Shown piece by piece: positions 57,950 to 64,000 of a stretch of DNA of 64,000 nucleotides. Position 1 is the first letter of the stretch. Every line of letters starts with the position of its first letter. Source of the stretch: Eledone cirrhosa. Taxonomy: Eukaryota. Position numbers and translations under genes: made by a program. The notes beneath the pieces are model-generated. The model was given only the letters and a program-made list of their open reading frames with translations. It was not told the DNA's origin and ran no database searches. Where the stretch lies: NCBI GenBank assembly GCA_964016885.1, contig OZ024740.1:353710001-353774000 (forward strand). The letters are read 5' to 3'.

Positions 57950-60560
57950 CGATATATTTATGAAACCTCTGCACCAATGTGTGGCGTTTCATTAGATAAA
58001 TATATCATTTGTTTTGTCCAAGAGTTGCTGGCCTCTACTGCCACGCAAAAGAGGAAGTGGTTTCTACCAGAAAGCTCAGATACCATAGCAAGAGACACTG
58101 GAATTGACAAGGATGACTCATAAACTTTGATGGGAAACAGAATCTGTTGGTGTAAAGTTGTGCTCGCTGTCTCGCCTATGGATAAGATAAGATATGTTTA
58201 ATTTTAAATTTAAATGGATTGCTTGCTTTCTAAAGCAATAAAAAAAAAATTGCTACCATTACTTGTCGCATGATGTAATGAATATATATATGCACTTTTG
58301 TGGATGTTCATTGATTTCTGGGTTTTAGGCGGACACATAGAATAAAGAACTTTCATTTATATATAAGATACATATTTTCAGTATCTCATGACTTGGTTAG
58401 GATTATTTTACTTATTTAGAATGTTCGCTTAGTTGTTGCTTTTCACGAAGGAGATTTCCAAGTCATTGTCAATAAACCAATCTGCTACTTTCTTAGATCT
58501 GTAGCCCAAAGTGGAAGATGCTGCATTATAGACTTGTAATTTGAAATTCTCCCATGGATTTTCGTGTTCAAGTGAGACAGTTCTTATTGCATCACAAACA
58601 TTTTGCAATAAAGTAGGGGAGTTAAGTTTGACTATGTTAATTTTCTTTGGTATATTAGAGTTTTCCCTTCTAACTTTGGGTTGGATTGAAAAATTGAACA
58701 ATTAAACTTTCCTTTCATTAGCCTTTGGTCTGTCAAGCATTCTGCTGCACTCGTGTAAGTTAAATAAACTTAACCAAGACATTAGATATAAATCTATTAA
58801 ATTAAAATGTCGGTGAAGCCTCTGAAAAATGAAAAAAGAAAGTGGTGGTAGTAAAAGGCAAATAAAGTGCTATAGACCGTGAAGATTCAAGAGAACTGTT
58901 GGCCCTAGATCAACGTCGACAACCCTAGTGAGATCTGTTGATGGCCAACAGCTCCTTACTGATGTCACATCCATACAAAGGTGATAGGTAGAACACTATT
59001 TTGATCTTCTCAACAGACGATCAAATATAAATATGAGAATAATTGAGGAAATAGTTGACCTTCCTGTTGTCAAAGAAATGTCTGTTAAGCCAATACCAGC
59101 TGGTATTGCAGCAACTGTAAACGGCTCAATAACAATAAAGCCCAAAGTATTGATGACATTAGTTAATAGATTTTGAAGTCTGGTGGGAAAAGAATGGCCG
59201 AATTACTTCACTTTGCGATTGTACGCTACTGGAGAAAAACGGAAGTACCTCAAGGATGGCTTATTCTAATTTCTCATTATAAATTTGGTTCCAAGGACGT
59301 ATATGGATATTTCCATGAAATATATTTGTAGTCAGTCGTTCGAAAGGTACTTTCTCGTTAGTGTGCCTTGATACATTCATAGTCCTGAGATCTGTATCGG
59401 AGTCCCAATGTGGCTTTCGCGCTTCTCGAGGGACAATTGATATGATCTTTACCATCCAACAGCTACAAAATAGCAACGAACAAAACATGGGCTTGTTTTG
59501 TGGTTGTTAGCAAAGCTTTTGACACGCTTAAAGTTCAGCAGTAGTGCTGAAGAAATTTGGCTGCCCTGAAAAGTTTGAAAATATAACCAAGGCTCTCCCT
59601 AAGGATATGAATGCCTGAGTTAACTTTGGTGTAACCCTATAGGAACCATTTCCAGTTGAAAATGGAATTAAGGATGTTGATCTCGAAGCACCGATAATCT
59701 TCTCCATATGTTTTGCAGTTATGCTATCAAATGTATTTGCAATTTCAACAGCTGGCATTTTTTATCCGGTAACACTTTTCATGTAATGTGTTCAATCTAA
59801 CAAGAATGAACTCTGGTACGTGATCATTTATATGTGGACGACTGTGACCGAGTAAGTCACACTGAGCAAGGCTTAAAGAACCTAATTACTGTGTTTGATT
59901 CAACATATGACGTATTTGGTCTCACAATTAATTTTAAAAAAACAGACACAAAAAAACTGTTGCAGAAATCACTTCTCACATTCAAAGGGTAACACAAGCC
60001 TTTTGCAGCCTATAATCTAAAGTCTGGCCACAGCGCGATATCAAGACTGACACTAAGATCATGGTATATGTCTTATTTGTTCTTTCTGCACTGCTGTATT
60101 CTTTTTAATCCTGGACAATATGTACGTGTTATGTAAAAATGTTGGAAAGATGTCACCAGAAATGCCTCCGTAACATACTCTGAATAAGCTGTTCCTCACT
60201 CTTTCATGACACTGAGATTCTCGCTGAAGCTAGGATCACACCAATCCAAGCCATACTTATTAAGAATCAACTACGATGGGCAGGTCATCTCATCCATATG
60301 AATGATGAGTGCATTCCCAAGCAAATATCTTATGGTGAGCTTATGCTGGGAAAGAGAAAACATAGTCAGCCAATGACTCTTTAAAATCAAATTTTAAATG
60401 TTTTAAATTATTTAACAAAATTCTTGAATCACTTGCGGTAGATAGGGAAGCACGGTAGCTATGATTTGGAGCTTTGTTAAAGATTTTGGCTTGACAGAGT
60501 TAAGCATGCTGAAATGAAAAGAAAAGTTCGTAAACATGAGATTAATAGCAAGAGCGTTGG
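57950..60560 (+). pseudogene. Old RTE/BovB-type LINE (EN-RT) remnant with an internal inversion
   Basis: ESQCGFRASRGTIDMIFTIQQLQ, KFGCPEKF, YVDD, QLRWAGHLIHM..IPKQISYGEL; linker segment 58425-58755 lies on the minus strand. Confidence 0.8.
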
Positions 60561-61119
60561 GAGTGATTCTCATTTTTTCTTTAAATGTTCCTTATGTATA
60601 TATTCATGTTGGTTTGAGATTGTACCAGAGGGACCGTGCGGGCAAGGCACACATAAATTATTGAAATTTCGTTCCACATGTTCAGTTTCACTGCTATGTT
60701 TGTCAAAAATTCCTGAAGATCACCCATAGGATTGAAGCAGCATTTGAATATTCATAATAAACAAGCAGAAAATGGAGCCAATGCTGAAATGAGACATTGC
60801 TGCAGAATTTGCAATCAGATCTTCAAACGTTTCTCAGAGCTTTCAGGACTCAAAATTCATTTAAGAGCTCATACTAGGGAAAAGGAATTCTGGATATAAG
60901 AAGAGGTTAAGCTCTGCAAAGAACACACACACACACACAGACACACAAACTAACAAATAGTTTTATCGCTCTACATGGCTGAATACAAGAAATGTAAATC
61001 TAGTTTTTCGAATATTACTAATAATATTCGATTCGTTTGCAATATTACAAACAGCCTCTTCAATCCATGTGAGTAGAATGACCCCGTCATTCTTGCTCTT
61101 GTATTGGCATATAAACACA

Positions 61120-61166
61120 ACAGCAGACACTAATGTTTCTGGGTGGTTACCCTTCATCAGTACAGT
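61120..61166 (-). ncRNA. Type I hammerhead ribozyme, canonical core with GUC cleavage triplet
   Basis: actgta-CTGATGA-a.gggt.aacc.accc.a-GAAA-ca.ttag.tg-TC-tgctgt. Confidence 0.8.
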
Positions 61167-61229
61167 ATACTGCTTAACTGCCAACTGTCATAGCTAGTGA
61201 ATATATATGATATTTTCTGGAATATATAG

Positions 61230-61330
61230 TGACTGATCAGCCTTATTTGCATATTAGCAGACTGGCTGATCAGTCAGATCTGCATATTAACAGACCCACT
61301 GATCAGCCAGATTTGCATATCAACAGATAG
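61230..61330 (-). promoter_or_regulatory. Three 33-bp tandem repeats, each with an octamer motif; candidate snRNA-type enhancer/promoter
   Basis: (ctgatcagcc..atttgcatat..cag)x3, starting ~80 nt upstream of the hammerhead on the minus strand. Confidence 0.5.
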
Positions 61331-61778
61331 ACCAGTCATTCTCATCCATCGGAGCGATTAATGGCCGGCTTTGCGATAGTCAAATAACTAACAAATAGTT
61401 TTATAGCTATACATGGCTGAATACAAGAAATGTAAATCTGAGTTTTTCTAATATCATATATGTATTCATTTTGATATAAAAATGACTTCTTAGTTCGTAA
61501 GAAATCACCAGAAAAGTCTCTACTCTACTAACAGATTGCATACCTTCTTTGACAGTGGTCACCTCCCGGTTTACATCGGGATACTATACATACACACACG
61601 CACGCACAAACACATAAACACACACGTTTTTCGAAATATACACACACGTTTTTCGAAATACTTACTTCTGCGTTCACAGATTGATTTTTTTAGTTTCAGA
61701 AGATCCCGTTAAGAGTGAACGCAGCGATTCTTTGCTTAAACTTTAATCTGTTATTTTAATAAATAAATAAATAAATAA

Positions 61779-61952
<174 letters not shown>

Positions 61953-62243
61953 AAAGTATGTCCATAGAATCATTTGATAAAATATATACACTATTTCCTC
62001 TCCCAATCAGCATAATCAACCACACAAAAAAACAATTAAACAAGGCTATAAGATTAAAAGACACCTATGTAGAAATAATATATAAATAAACGACAGCTAT
62101 CTATTCGCGATCAACAGCCATAGAATATTTACCCAGCATTTCTAATAGCACGTGGAAATCGATTAAATATATCGTCAACCATACACAATTAGGTATAAAA
62201 TATATAATGTCGTTTGCTTTGTTATTTTTGTTTTCCTTTTGCG

Positions 62244-62347
<104 letters not shown>

Positions 62348-64000
62348 CACACGCACACACACACACACACAAACACACACACATACATACATGCACATCG
62401 TCGTTGTTGTTTACACAAGTATCATATGATGAAAGAAGACCGCTCCACTTTATGAAAATACAGATAAATATCTTATATTTACGTCGGAGAAACTTGTCAA
62501 CACATGTTACTTAATGTTTTAGATGAACACGAACGGGAAATATGTATTTCCTTTATTTGTATTCCTGTATTTTATATTACGTGCTTCTATTTCAATTTTT
62601 GTGATCTTGTTATTGTCTTCTATGTATCTACTTACGTTTGCAATTGTTTCGCATTTATATTTTCTCATAAGTCTCTTTCATAGTGTTCGTGTATGCGGAA
62701 TATTGTATTACTGTACAATAAAACAGTAACATTACAATTTAATGCCATCTTCCAGTGTTCTACTATTTCTAGCAAGTCGTGTGACTCCGTCGAGACTGTC
62801 AGGCTGACTAGTGTTTGTATTAGTAATATCAACAAGTGGAAACGAACTTGTTTGATTGGATATCTTGAAAATTTCCGTATAACTCAAGACAGAAGCTGCT
62901 ATGACCAGAGACTATCTCTCTCATATGTAACAAAGCTTGCAGTGCTGATTTAGCATCAATGATCTATTATTTTTATTGTAACATTTTATTGTCGCTAGCA
63001 CGGCATCAGAGTACGCATTTTGATTCCACATTTGCAACATTTTACTTCACCTACAATGCTAATATTCTAACAGTATGCGAGCGTAAGGTATGACTGCTTC
63101 AACATTCTATTTTCTCCCTCAAGAAATATACTGCATTTTTTCGTAATCAAAAGAAAATGTTTTTGTGATGATTGCAGTTAAAAGAAAAAGTCACGATGTA
63201 TTAACTTTCAAAAGATTAAAAACCACTAGAATTTAGATTGCTCATTTCTATAATTATTTAGATTGTAAGACATCAGTGAAATATTCGTGTTCATGAAAGT
63301 CAACGTTGTAGATTCTGTTACGCCCCAAGCTAAAACCATGGCAGGAATTCAACTATTATAAAATAAAGAATCACTTGTCAATTGTTAACAGTGCAGCATA
63401 TAAGGTTTTCCAGCAGGGAAAATGAATTATATGTAAATTATGTATTATTTTCAATAGATGCAAAGTAGTGTCAGCGACAAGAAACGAACCACTGACCTTT
63501 TATCTAATCTATGATTATATAAATACGAGAACCGGACATATGCTAACAATAGTTGGTTCAACAGAATCTAATAAAAAAAAATATGATGCATTAGATTTTA
63601 TTATCTTAGCTTTTGCTCTTAGGTCTAGGTGGTGTTAATGTCCGAATGAAAAAAAAAGCCATTAGGCAAGAAGCTCTTCTTTCTGCAAAAGTTTAACTAA
63701 CAAAATTAATTAATCAATTAACAAACATAATTATTTTGTAGTTATATAACATTTAAATTGCCAGAAAAATGTTAATGACGCGGTTAAAATACATATGGGA
63801 AACGTTTTCTTTCGATACTAAATTACCTTTTCACAAATTACGAGATAATTTAATATTTGTCACGGATTCAACGGTGCCAGTAGTAATTTCTGAACAGTTA
63901 GTATTCTATTCTGTGGTTGCAAACAGATGAAATTTAAAGATAACACTGTCTTGAACATATTTGAATAGTATGCCTCTTAATAATACCGAATAGTATGTCT

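Larger units (their letters stand above)
60948..61454 (-). mobile_element. Retrozyme-like unit family R2: 438-bp period, ~67-bp terminal direct repeats, three 33-bp octamer repeats, canonical hammerhead
   Basis: Direct repeats ~60948-61015 / 61386-61454; ATTTGCAT at 61245 and 61311 (variant at 61278); hammerhead at 61120-61166. Confidence 0.7.

Noticed and set aside
61230-61330. 33-bp periodic repeats as a CRISPR-like array
   Set aside because: Tandem units without unique spacers, eukaryotic context, no cas genes.

Overview
AT-rich, microsatellite-dense eukaryotic DNA with no confidently identifiable host gene. The SINE and microsatellite content suggests an invertebrate, probably an octopus or other cephalopod (inference). 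The window is almost entirely mobile DNA: three minus-strand R4/Dong-type RT-REL non-LTR retrotransposons at the left end (two near-identical, in tandem within TAA repeats), a decayed Helitron (Rep-Pif1 helicase) with an intact 3' hairpin/CTAG end, many Penelope-like element (PLE) remnants forming fold-back structures inside (TA)n, two tRNA-derived SINE families, and remnants of RTE, CRE, L1/Tx1, hAT and another DNA transposon. The ORF track misses the main signal, which is RNA structure. About 16 type I hammerhead-ribozyme motifs can be read by eye. Two ~420-440 bp non-coding units combine a hammerhead, an upstream octamer (ATGCAAAT) and terminal direct repeats, a candidate retrozyme/circular-RNA system. 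The R4 element also has a multi-pseudoknot 5' leader. All coordinates and pairings were read by eye; ends may be off by a few bases.
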